A stretch of DNA of 37,317 bases from an uncultured bacterium (GTDB lineage Bacteria > Hydrogenedentota > Hydrogenedentia > Hydrogenedentales > JAEUWI01), in NCBI GenBank assembly GCA_963977445.1, contig CAXBPH010000036.1, forward strand, positions 1 through 37,317. The letters run 5' to 3'. This document shows, piece after piece, positions 23,878 through 32,272 of this stretch. The translations under genes and the position numbers were made by a program. The first letter of the stretch is position 1; each line of letters begins with the position of its first letter. The notes beneath the pieces are model-generated. The model did not search any database. It worked only from the letters and a program-made list of their open reading frames with translations, and had not been told where the DNA came from.

Positions 23878-26845
23878 TGATCTTTTTAACGTTGGTTCCT
23901 ATGCCGCCAAGGCGTTGCGGCGCAGCGTCCTTCGGTATACCCGTCGGCCCGTCGAGTATAATTTTAAACGCCTTCCCGAGCCCGAACACTACCGCGACAT
24001 GGAACTTGCCTTTCGCGAAGACTACTTCGATCCGCCGCCCTTTTCCTTCAAGCACATGTTCCCCTACTTTAAATACGCGTCCCTTTTGCTGCTTTTTTTG
24101 ATGGGGTACAACGCCTTCGGCCTGAGTATTGTCCTTGCAATATCTAGTCTCGTGGTTCTGGCGCTGCCAAATATTTTTATTGGGCGCAGCTTCATGCTCT
24201 TGTTCCGCTCTCAAGTCCAATTATCGCTTGCCATTTTCTTTGTTATCCTGGTCGGCCTGGCCTACATCGCCACCGATTCCATGGAATATAGCGCGCTGGC
24301 GGTATTCGCAGTTGGCGCCCCGATGCTCTTTGTCCTGAAACGCGTCACCTACGATTTCATGGCCTTTTGCGTCCTGTGGCTTCACACGCACCCTTGCCTA
24401 ACGAACAAGGAACGCCAGGATAGTCGTGAAACACTGTATCCGGCGTTCAGCCTACTTTTGCCTGAGATTGTCGTCGTCGTCCTCGCACTGGGCCCAGCAT
24501 ACTCGTCTTTCCTGGCGCTAACCGCTGTGTACGCGATCCTCCTCGCCAGCTTGATCTTTGGGCCACTGCAGAAAATTTTTCGCGAGCAAACACAGATAAC
24601 GTGGTACAGGTTCGCCAGCACGACGACCGAGCTTCTTGTAGAGTATTTTACCTACGGCAGAAGGTTCTCTCGCCCCTTGCCCGGTGTCTTCGTTTACCCA
24701 CGAGGATATCACGTGCGGCGCCGGTACGCTGTCCTGCTGCTCATCCTGACGCTATTCACCTTTTCCGCCGGTACCAGCTTCTTCTTTGCATGGGACACGC
24801 CAGGTTTTCGTGGCCAGTATGTCGCCATGTTCAGTGAGACCATCTATGCGGATCCGAATGCGTGGAACGGGATGAAAGAAGAAATGCCCCTTCTCGACTG
24901 GTCCAAGGCACCAGATCAAGGTGAACGCGAAAGGATGCAGCAGCGTCTGGATAATCTGCGCGAGGCGCGCGATGACGCAACATCAGACGACAGAATCGCG
25001 ATTGGCATCGAAGTGGAGAAGTTGAGCAGACAAGTGCCTGCCGGTGGGCCCGAACTCGACCATATCGCCAATGCTTGGTACGGGCGCGCCACCACGGCGT
25101 GGATGAAGATGGCCTTGCGCAATGTGCGAACACACCCTGTTACCGTTTCTGCAAGCTTTCTCTTGGCCATCGCTCATGCCCTCCTGCTTCCCGCGCTCTT
25201 CTTCCTTGCCACCCTGCAACATCAATTACTCGCGATTGGGTTACTACGAGAAAAGCTTGTAGCCCGCGTCGCCACGGAAACTACGTGCAGCCCATGGGAG
25301 TGGTTCGTGGAGCGACTCAGGAATTCGCGCCACGCGGCACCCGACCCGCTCAACGCCGATTCCGCCATCCGCGAAGCAGATCACCTCTTTCTTGGTCTGG
25401 AGGCCGAAAACGGATTTCCCGTTCTGTTACATCGTGATATCGTCGCGGACCACGTCTACATAACCGGGGGTACCGGCACGGGCAAAACTTCGCTCGGCAT
25501 TCTCTCGCTGTTGGTCCAACTGATCCGCGCCGGCTCGACGGACCCCGACGAATCCGAAGGCGGCACGCCGCCCATCGTCATTATTGATCTCAAGGGTGAC
25601 TACGCCCTGCTGCACACAGTGCGCGAGGAGGTGCGAAAGAAAGCAGAACAGGAAGGACGGAATTTCGAGGACTGCTTCCGCCTCTTCACCTCCGAGAAGG
25701 GTATGCCCACCCACTACTTCAACCCGCTCGGGGACATGAGCCACCCGGATCGTTACGTGGCGGATCTCGCCAATCTGCTGCTGGATGCGCTGGAACTCAA
25801 CCACGGCCCGGGCTATGGCCGCTCGTTTTACAGCCGCAAGAATTACATGCTCCTGCACGAAGTCCTGAAGGCCAATGACCCGGCGACTATCGATGAGTTA
25901 TGCAAGCGCATCTCCAAGAATACCCTACGCAACAAAGATGATCGGCATCAGGCATTTGAACTCGTGGCCACCCTTTACGGGCTCACGGAGTTCACGCAAC
26001 TCATGCCGCCCCCTAACATCCCCGAATCCGATACCATTTCCATGCGCACGGTGATCGAGGAACGGCAGGTCGTATACTTCTGGCTTCCCACGGTGGAAAG
26101 CAGCATCGTTGCGCGTGAGATCGCCAATCTTGCCCTTTTCTCGTACTTCTCGGCCATGCGGGCCCGGGCGAAGACGCGTGTGCCGCTGCGCCAGGCCTAT
26201 CTGGTCGTGGATGAGTTTCAGAAACTTGCCGGCGACCGTTTTAGCGTCATCCTGGAGCAGGCTCGAGGATTCGGGCTTTCGGCGATCCTGTCAAACCAGT
26301 CTATCTCTGACCTGAAAACCCCCTCTTTCGACTTGCGTTCCACCGTGTTTCAGAACACGCGCCTCAAGCTCTATTTTTCCTTTGCCGACTGCCGCGAAAT
26401 GGCCGATTTCGCCAAACGTTCCGGCGATGAGTTGGCCTATATGCGTTCCGGCATTTATAACCTTGCCGGGGACGAGCAACCCGACGCGCCACTATTTGAC
26501 CGGTGGTCGCACGCCATCAAGCCTCGCGTTACCACCAACGATATGCTCAGCGTTACGGATCACCCACTCCAGGCCTACATGGACGTCCGTTCCGGCAGCG
26601 GCTACACCCAGTTTGGCGGCGCTACGATTCCATTGCAGATGTTTCATCCGGTTCGATGGTCGGACTTTCAGGAGCGACGCGATACCTTGTCCTGGCCTAC
26701 GTTGGAAGAGTTGGGGATCACAAGATCGGTATGCGCCGCCGTATCGCCAGAGGAGGTGGATGAACGGGCCGTTGCGCAGATCGCGCGGCTCGACGAGCGC
26801 ATCCAGGCGTTTGATGACGAGCATCCGCAGTTTCGTTTTTCATAA
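23870..26845 (+). CDS. Polytopic membrane VirD4/TraD-like type IV coupling ATPase (991 aa)
   Basis: AGGAG RBS and GTG start; roughly 8-9 hydrophobic segments; Walker A GGTGTGKT, IIDLKGD, Walker B LVVDEFQ, EQARGFGLSAILSNQSISDL. Confidence 0.88.
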   Translation: MIDDLFNVGSYAAKALRRSVLRYTRRPVEYNFKRLPEPEHYRDMELAFREDYFDPPPFSFKHMFPYFKYASLLLLFLMGYNAFGLSIVLAISSLVVLALPNIFIGRSFMLLFRSQVQLSLAIFFVILVGLAYIATDSMEYSALAVFAVGAPMLFVLKRVTYDFMAFCVLWLHTHPCLTNKERQDSRETLYPAFSLLLPEIVVVVLALGPAYSSFLALTAVYAILLASLIFGPLQKIFREQTQITWYRFASTTTELLVEYFTYGRRFSRPLPGVFVYPRGYHVRRRYAVLLLILTLFTFSAGTSFFFAWDTPGFRGQYVAMFSETIYADPNAWNGMKEEMPLLDWSKAPDQGERERMQQRLDNLREARDDATSDDRIAIGIEVEKLSRQVPAGGPELDHIANAWYGRATTAWMKMALRNVRTHPVTVSASFLLAIAHALLLPALFFLATLQHQLLAIGLLREKLVARVATETTCSPWEWFVERLRNSRHAAPDPLNADSAIREADHLFLGLEAENGFPVLLHRDIVADHVYITGGTGTGKTSLGILSLLVQLIRAGSTDPDESEGGTPPIVIIDLKGDYALLHTVREEVRKKAEQEGRNFEDCFRLFTSEKGMPTHYFNPLGDMSHPDRYVADLANLLLDALELNHGPGYGRSFYSRKNYMLLHEVLKANDPATIDELCKRISKNTLRNKDDRHQAFELVATLYGLTEFTQLMPPPNIPESDTISMRTVIEERQVVYFWLPTVESSIVAREIANLALFSYFSAMRARAKTRVPLRQAYLVVDEFQKLAGDRFSVILEQARGFGLSAILSNQSISDLKTPSFDLRSTVFQNTRLKLYFSFADCREMADFAKRSGDELAYMRSGIYNLAGDEQPDAPLFDRWSHAIKPRVTTNDMLSVTDHPLQAYMDVRSGSGYTQFGGATIPLQMFHPVRWSDFQERRDTLSWPTLEELGITRSVCAAVSPEEVDERAVAQIARLDERIQAFDDEHPQFRFS

Positions 26846-26928
26846 CAAAGCCCGATGGCGGGCTTAGGGTACGGTGCGGCATACCGCTGCACGTGCAATG
26901 TATCTAAAACACATGCAAGGAGCGATTC

Positions 26929-28068
26929 ATGAAACATAGTGTATTCATTCTGGCGGGAGTGTTGCTCCCCGGACTCGCCGGCTTGGTGGCGGGCTGTTCC
27001 CAGGGCACCGGTGCCAACGGCACAAGCGACTTGGATAAAATCACGAGTGCCCGCGAGTCGAACCAATTACAGGAAGACCTCGCCCTTGCGACGAGCAGGT
27101 ATAGCGAACTTCTAGAAAAGGGAAGCCGCACCCAGACGGCGCTTGACGAGTTACGCCGGTTGCATACCCAATGGAATACCGAGGTTATGGCGTTACTTCA
27201 AAGTGAGGACGGACGTTTCTTGGCCGCTGACGAAGCCGACGTCAAGGCCTTCCGCGCTCATGTCGAATCCATGAACCCCGTCTCGGAAGACACCATCGGC
27301 AACCTCTCAACTTCACTCAATACCCTGATCGCTCCCGTTAAAACTGCGATGACGGAAGGTTCAGTAGCTGGTATGCCTAATCCCGAACTTGTCACCCGGT
27401 TAGCCGACCTCGACGTGAGAATACAAGATTCGCTGTTACCCTACGAAAGCGCCGTTTCCGCGATACAGGCCCTGGCGGCCACGGCCAAGAGCCGTGGTAC
27501 GCGTGGTATGCAAACATTGCAGCAAGAGGTTGACGTTCTCAAAAGTGCCGAGGCTGCGGCACGCGCCGCAAAGATAGAGTCCGCACGCCTGGAGGCCGAA
27601 GAGGAAGTGACGCAGCAGCTTGCTAAGGCTGAGCAGGACTTGGTCCGGGTACAAGGGGAAAAAAAGCGACAGGAGTTGGAATCCCAGGCTCATGAACTCC
27701 GTGCGCAAGCAGAGGCCGACGCCATCAAGGCCCGGGCCACCAATTCGGATACCATCAAACGCCTCGCGCCTTTCGTGAAGAAGACCAAGGTCATTTTTGA
27801 ATGTTACAGCCCGAGCAATTGCCGATGGATACCGGGACAGACGCTGGCGGCACCGCTATCTTTCGGAGCCCTTACACGGCTTGGTGCCTTGGAACCAACG
27901 CAGCTTGGATTTGAACAGCTCCAATCGGTCGCGACATCCTATGAAAATGACCGTCCAAAGTGGGGCTCTGCCGACACCCCGGAAGATTGGGAACGGGTCA
28001 AGGACAATCAGAAACTGCTTCGAGAGCTAGGACCCACACTCGTGGAACTGGGCCATCTGGCACCTTGA
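26929..28068 (+). CDS. Coiled-coil lipoprotein, hypothetical (379 aa)
   Basis: AAGGAG RBS; signal peptide ending LVAG-C (lipobox); long A/E/Q/K-rich helical stretches. Confidence 0.85.
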   Translation: MKHSVFILAGVLLPGLAGLVAGCSQGTGANGTSDLDKITSARESNQLQEDLALATSRYSELLEKGSRTQTALDELRRLHTQWNTEVMALLQSEDGRFLAADEADVKAFRAHVESMNPVSEDTIGNLSTSLNTLIAPVKTAMTEGSVAGMPNPELVTRLADLDVRIQDSLLPYESAVSAIQALAATAKSRGTRGMQTLQQEVDVLKSAEAAARAAKIESARLEAEEEVTQQLAKAEQDLVRVQGEKKRQELESQAHELRAQAEADAIKARATNSDTIKRLAPFVKKTKVIFECYSPSNCRWIPGQTLAAPLSFGALTRLGALEPTQLGFEQLQSVATSYENDRPKWGSADTPEDWERVKDNQKLLRELGPTLVELGHLAP

Positions 28069-28401
28069 CCAGGTGCACGGGCCGCCTACCGAGGCTCCTG
28101 CGTCGCCTCCGAAAGCGTCAGCGCTCATAACCCGGCTTCCGATGGGCCTGCGGCCCAACCGAATCCCACGAAGACCCTCGGACTCGGAACCGATCCGGTA
28201 GCATGAGGGCGTGCGCACCCACCGTCCCTGGACGCCGTGCGTCGGGCCCGTGCCGGGGTGAGACCCGACGACGACGTCCGAAGACGGTAGGAACGGGTCC
28301 TCGATGTCTGTGAGCACAGATCAGCCGTGAATCGTTTACGGCACAAGGGGCAATCACCGCAGGAACGCAGTCTCCATCAATCGGGTTCACCGCTGTGAGA
28401 T

Positions 28402-28419
28402 ACTTCGGACGTCCGAAGT
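28402..28419. repeat. Palindrome copy 5, ACTTCGGACGTCCGAAGT
   Basis: Perfect 18-bp palindrome between the transfer cluster and the DUF932-like gene. Confidence 0.95.
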
Positions 28420-28653
28420 TTCCTGTGTCCAATCGAAAATTCGGATCAGCGTGCATAGCCTACACTCTGCCCCCTCTTCCCCATGTTGAATAAATGTCAC
28501 GCCTACGGATGACTTCCGCATAACGTTTCCAAATAGATGCTCTTTGATAACCCAACACGAGTAGACGGGAAACCCCCGTCTCCCAATCACTATGGGAGAC
28601 CGGTGGTGCAATCACGGTTTTTCATTGGGTTTTTCAACAACAAGGAGACAGCT

Positions 28654-29679
28654 ATGCAAACGTTAACACGGGCTCATGACGAGCTCTACCGGCGTACGCC
28701 AGACGAACAGTTCCCCAACTTGGACGCATTGGTGCAGCATTGTCAGACGCAAAAGGAAGCGTCGCAAGAGCAGTGGCACGCACCCCATACCATTCGTCCG
28801 GAATCGACGGGCGGAGAACTTACTCTTCGCCTGGATCAGGAAGGCGTATACGGCCTGAATGATTGGAGTTTCACCCAGGTATGCGGACTGGCCAAGGTCA
28901 GCAAGGATACGGTGAACAAACTTCGGCCCCAAACGGCCGATGCCGTGCTCGCGGAGACCCTCCCGAGCGGCACGCGGCCCATCCAGACGCTGATTCAGGG
29001 CGATCAGGTTCGTTCTATTCATGGTGCCAGCTATACGCGACTCTACAACGCGGATCTGCTCGGCGTCGTGAACGAATTCGCCTCCCATTTCAGCGCGCCT
29101 CAGGAGGCTGTTGGCGGTGCCAGTGGGCTCTATTGCGGGGAGCAGGACATGTTTTGCTTCCTCATCGACCCCACGGGCTGGGCGGAAATCGACGGTGAGG
29201 CCTTCGCCCCCGGATTCTTCTTGTGGAATTCGGAGGTGGGCAAACGCTCTATCGGTATCCAGACCTTTTGGTTTCAGGCCATCTGCCGGAATCACATCGT
29301 TTGGGATGCGGTCGAAGTCGTTGAATTCACCCGCAATCATACGGCACGGGTTTACGAATCTCTCGATGGCATACGGCGGATCATAGAGAATTTGGTCTAC
29401 AAGGTCGACGCCCGGCGGGATGGATTCATCCACGTCATTGAGAAGGCTATGCGGAAACGCTTGGGTTCTGATGCCGAGGAGGTGCTTAAGGCCCTACACA
29501 AGCACGGTATCCCCCGCAACCTGGCCCAGGAGGCCATGAAAATGGCCAAGGCCCAAGGAGAGTTTACCCTCTTCGCCCTCATTGATGCCCTTACCCGGAT
29601 GGCTGGAAAAATTCCAAACGCCGGGGACCGCATCGAACTGGACACCAAGGCGGCAGGCCTTTTGGCCCTCGCTGCGTAA
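28654..29679 (+). CDS. DUF932-like phage/plasmid protein (341 aa)
   Basis: ATG at 28654 with AAGGAG RBS; RSIHGASYTRLYNADL, GFFLWNSEVGKRS, FQAICRNHIVW, FTRNH. Confidence 0.78.
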   Translation: MQTLTRAHDELYRRTPDEQFPNLDALVQHCQTQKEASQEQWHAPHTIRPESTGGELTLRLDQEGVYGLNDWSFTQVCGLAKVSKDTVNKLRPQTADAVLAETLPSGTRPIQTLIQGDQVRSIHGASYTRLYNADLLGVVNEFASHFSAPQEAVGGASGLYCGEQDMFCFLIDPTGWAEIDGEAFAPGFFLWNSEVGKRSIGIQTFWFQAICRNHIVWDAVEVVEFTRNHTARVYESLDGIRRIIENLVYKVDARRDGFIHVIEKAMRKRLGSDAEEVLKALHKHGIPRNLAQEAMKMAKAQGEFTLFALIDALTRMAGKIPNAGDRIELDTKAAGLLALAA

Positions 29680-29704
29680 CCAAAACCAAGGAAAGGAGGC
29701 CATC

Positions 29705-29971
29705 ATGGCCGACAATAAGAAAGCCACGGCGAACAAACCCGTGGAAGAGCTCCGTCTGGGGGCCATCAAGGCTGCTATCTGGCAGAACGAAGCGAAGAAC
29801 GGGCACCGTTACAATGTCCGGATCACCCGCCTCTACAAGGATGGCGACGAGTGGAAAACGTCGGATTCCTTCGGGCGCGACGAACTGCCCATGGTCGCCA
29901 AGATCGCGGACATGGCCCATACCTGGATCTTCGGAGCCAGCCAGCGCACGGAGGAGAACGACGACGAATAG
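29705..29971 (+). CDS. Small putative ssDNA-binding protein, paralogue of 16651..16887 (88 aa)
   Basis: AAGGAGG RBS; IKAAIWQN...TRLYKDGDEWKTSDSFGRDELP; acidic tail EENDDE. Confidence 0.88.
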   Translation: MADNKKATANKPVEELRLGAIKAAIWQNEAKNGHRYNVRITRLYKDGDEWKTSDSFGRDELPMVAKIADMAHTWIFGASQRTEENDDE

Positions 29972-29995
29972 TTGCTTTTGGTAGGTTCTATACCA

Positions 29996-30100
29996 AGGTC
30001 CAATGCACCACCGGACCTCCCTACCCTACTTGCTTCGCTTTGAGAAGTTCACTATGAACTCCTCGTTTGGTGCCTCTATATCCGCCATTGCATTGGACCT
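29996..30100. repeat. 12-bp perfect inverted repeat AGGTCCAATGCA / TGCATTGGACCT in a convergent intergenic region
   Basis: Arms at 29996-30007 and 30089-30100. Confidence 0.7.
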
Positions 30101-30142
30101 GATTGAATACTTCGCACGGGCAGGCCGACCGGTCGGATGTCC

Positions 30143-32272
30143 CTATTCCCGCTGGAATCCAGCAGGGCGGCCAATTCCAAATGCGATATCCTTAACCGGC
30201 GCTGGCCGGTCCTCATTCTCTACATAGCGCCACAGTTCGATTCCCTGGGAGCTACTTCCCGCTGCCATGAAAAGGGCATTGGCTGCGGGCGCCAAAACTT
30301 CGAATCGAATCTCCTCGTAGGGCACCTCCACAATATCCCGCACCATGACGGTTCCCGCCTCCGTTCCGTCACAGCGCCAGAGCTCTTCGCCGTGAATTCC
30401 GTCGTCCGCGAGGAAATAGAGCGCTCCCTGGAACACGACGAGGTTGCGTGGCGTGCTGGATGCCGCGCCCTTGGCAATATCCCGGAGCAATCCCGCCGGC
30501 CGACCGGGTCTGGCAACCCACAATTCGAGGCCGGTTCCATCGCTTTGTGCACAGAAAAAAAGCGTGCTTTCCAGCGCAGTGAGGTTCTGTGGGTTTGCCG
30601 CATCCAGGCTGACGATTACGGTACCCTCGTCTGAGCCATCGGTCTGCCACAGGCGGAAGCCGTTGGCCCCGTCTTCTGCTGTGAAATACAGGAGCGATTC
30701 GGCGGGCGTCAATTCGTCCGGGGAACTGCCCGCACGGCCCGGAAAAACGTCTTTCACGAGCCGTGTTCCAGTTCCCTTACCGTCCGACACCCACAGCTCC
30801 GCGCCGTGGGCAATGTCGTTGGCCACGAAATAGAGGAGATTCCCGGCCGGCGTCAGTTGTTGGGGCGATGATGAGGGGTTGACGTTGCCGTCGGTGTAGA
30901 TATCCGCCAGGAGCCGCGCCTGCCCGTCCCCATCGGCGCACCAAAGCTCGCGCCCATGCACCGGATCGGTGGCCGCGAAAATCACGAGATTGCCAATGGC
31001 AACGGTGTAATACGGCGAAGAACTTTTTTCACCGGGGTAGATGTCGCGGACCAGTGTTGCGTGTTCCCCGCTGGCGTCGGCCATGTAGATCTCTTCACCC
31101 AAACCATCACCGAGCGCGCTAAAAAAGACACCATGACCTGGAAGTGCACATAGCGCATAAGGGTCCGACCCTTCCACCCCAGGGCGAATGTCACCGACCG
31201 CGCTGGCGGTTTCGTACGGGGGGCCGACGGACCACAGTTCTTTACCAATATCCAGACCTTTCGCCGCAAAGAAAACCCGGTAGCCTAGAACGACGAAAGC
31301 GCTGGGACTCCCGCTGTCCCGACCCGGCCATAGGTCCGTGACCATTCGTGTGCCAGGGCCGGTTCCGTCGGTAATCCAAAGTTCCCGGCCGTGCACGCCA
31401 TCGTCTGCAACAAATACGATCTGCGGGGCCCTATCGGGAAAGCTGATGACCGTAAATAGAGTTGGGGCGCTCTCTAAGGGACCGGCGGCGATATCGTGTA
31501 CCATAAATGTGTGCTCTGCCGTCCCCCCGGACACAAACAACTCCTCGCCATTCATATTGTCGGAGCTGCGAAAGATCAATCGATTGGCGTCGATTTCGGT
31601 TATATCTCTTGCGTGCGTTGTGAGCTGATCTATTTCCGTAACCATTCGCCCTTCCGCGTCACATCGAGCGAGGATTGGACCACGAATTGGATGCTGCCCG
31701 GCGAAGTAGAAAAACCCGCGCTGGATCACACCGGCATAGTCGGCACCGATTGGGCCCTGCCATTCCGTTGTCATCGGAAGTGGCTGCGTTCCTTCCTCAG
31801 TGCCATCGGTCTGCCAGAATGCGGGCGTGCCGCTCACTACCCGAATGAACGCTTTCCCGCTATCCCAGACCCCGCATACGCCATCAAATCCTTCCTTGAT
31901 GTCCCCGTTAAACTGCTTGACGCGCCGGGTGCCTTCCGCCGTACCATCCGTTTTCCAGAGTTCGCTGCCCCCACCCGCAGGATCGACCCGGAACAGCAAG
32001 AGTTCGCCAAAATTGGAAAGCTTGCTGATTTCGGTACTTTCCGGTCCTGGGGTGATATCCGCGACCAACGCCACAGTCCCTTGAGCGTCTGATCGCCAGA
32101 TCTCCCGGCCATGAATTCCATCATCCGCGGTGAAATACACAAAATCCCGTAAGACATGAAGGTCCTGAGGATTGGATGAAGGCGGCGAGTAACTTTCCTC
32201 AGCAAAAGCCCCTGGTGCAAAGACCAACGTAGCGGCTCCAAGTAGATACGGAAACAAGCAACAATACCTCAT
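30143..32272 (-). CDS. Secreted ELWxxDGT-repeat beta-propeller protein (709 aa)
   Basis: Signal peptide; many ELWKTDGT / ELWITDGT / ELWRCDGT repeats; ATGA overlap with the kinase stop. Confidence 0.93.
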   Translation of the reverse strand: MRYCCLFPYLLGAATLVFAPGAFAEESYSPPSSNPQDLHVLRDFVYFTADDGIHGREIWRSDAQGTVALVADITPGPESTEISKLSNFGELLLFRVDPAGGGSELWKTDGTAEGTRRVKQFNGDIKEGFDGVCGVWDSGKAFIRVVSGTPAFWQTDGTEEGTQPLPMTTEWQGPIGADYAGVIQRGFFYFAGQHPIRGPILARCDAEGRMVTEIDQLTTHARDITEIDANRLIFRSSDNMNGEELFVSGGTAEHTFMVHDIAAGPLESAPTLFTVISFPDRAPQIVFVADDGVHGRELWITDGTGPGTRMVTDLWPGRDSGSPSAFVVLGYRVFFAAKGLDIGKELWSVGPPYETASAVGDIRPGVEGSDPYALCALPGHGVFFSALGDGLGEEIYMADASGEHATLVRDIYPGEKSSSPYYTVAIGNLVIFAATDPVHGRELWCADGDGQARLLADIYTDGNVNPSSSPQQLTPAGNLLYFVANDIAHGAELWVSDGKGTGTRLVKDVFPGRAGSSPDELTPAESLLYFTAEDGANGFRLWQTDGSDEGTVIVSLDAANPQNLTALESTLFFCAQSDGTGLELWVARPGRPAGLLRDIAKGAASSTPRNLVVFQGALYFLADDGIHGEELWRCDGTEAGTVMVRDIVEVPYEEIRFEVLAPAANALFMAAGSSSQGIELWRYVENEDRPAPVKDIAFGIGRPAGFQRE

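Larger units (their letters stand above)
13560..30100. mobile_element. Putative integrative mobilizable element / genomic island (boundaries approximate)
   Basis: Relaxase-like gene plus coupling ATPase, TA pairs, orphan MTase, DUF932-like and SSB-like genes, and island-restricted repeats. No integrase or flanking direct repeats were found. Confidence 0.55.

Noticed and set aside
28341..28375. c-di-GMP-I riboswitch-like words (GGGCAA...ACGCA)
   Set aside because: The GNRA-capped P2 stem and receptor hairpin are missing.
15410..28419. Palindrome copies as a CRISPR array
   Set aside because: Spacing is irregular (218 bp to 7 kb), with whole genes between copies and no cas genes.
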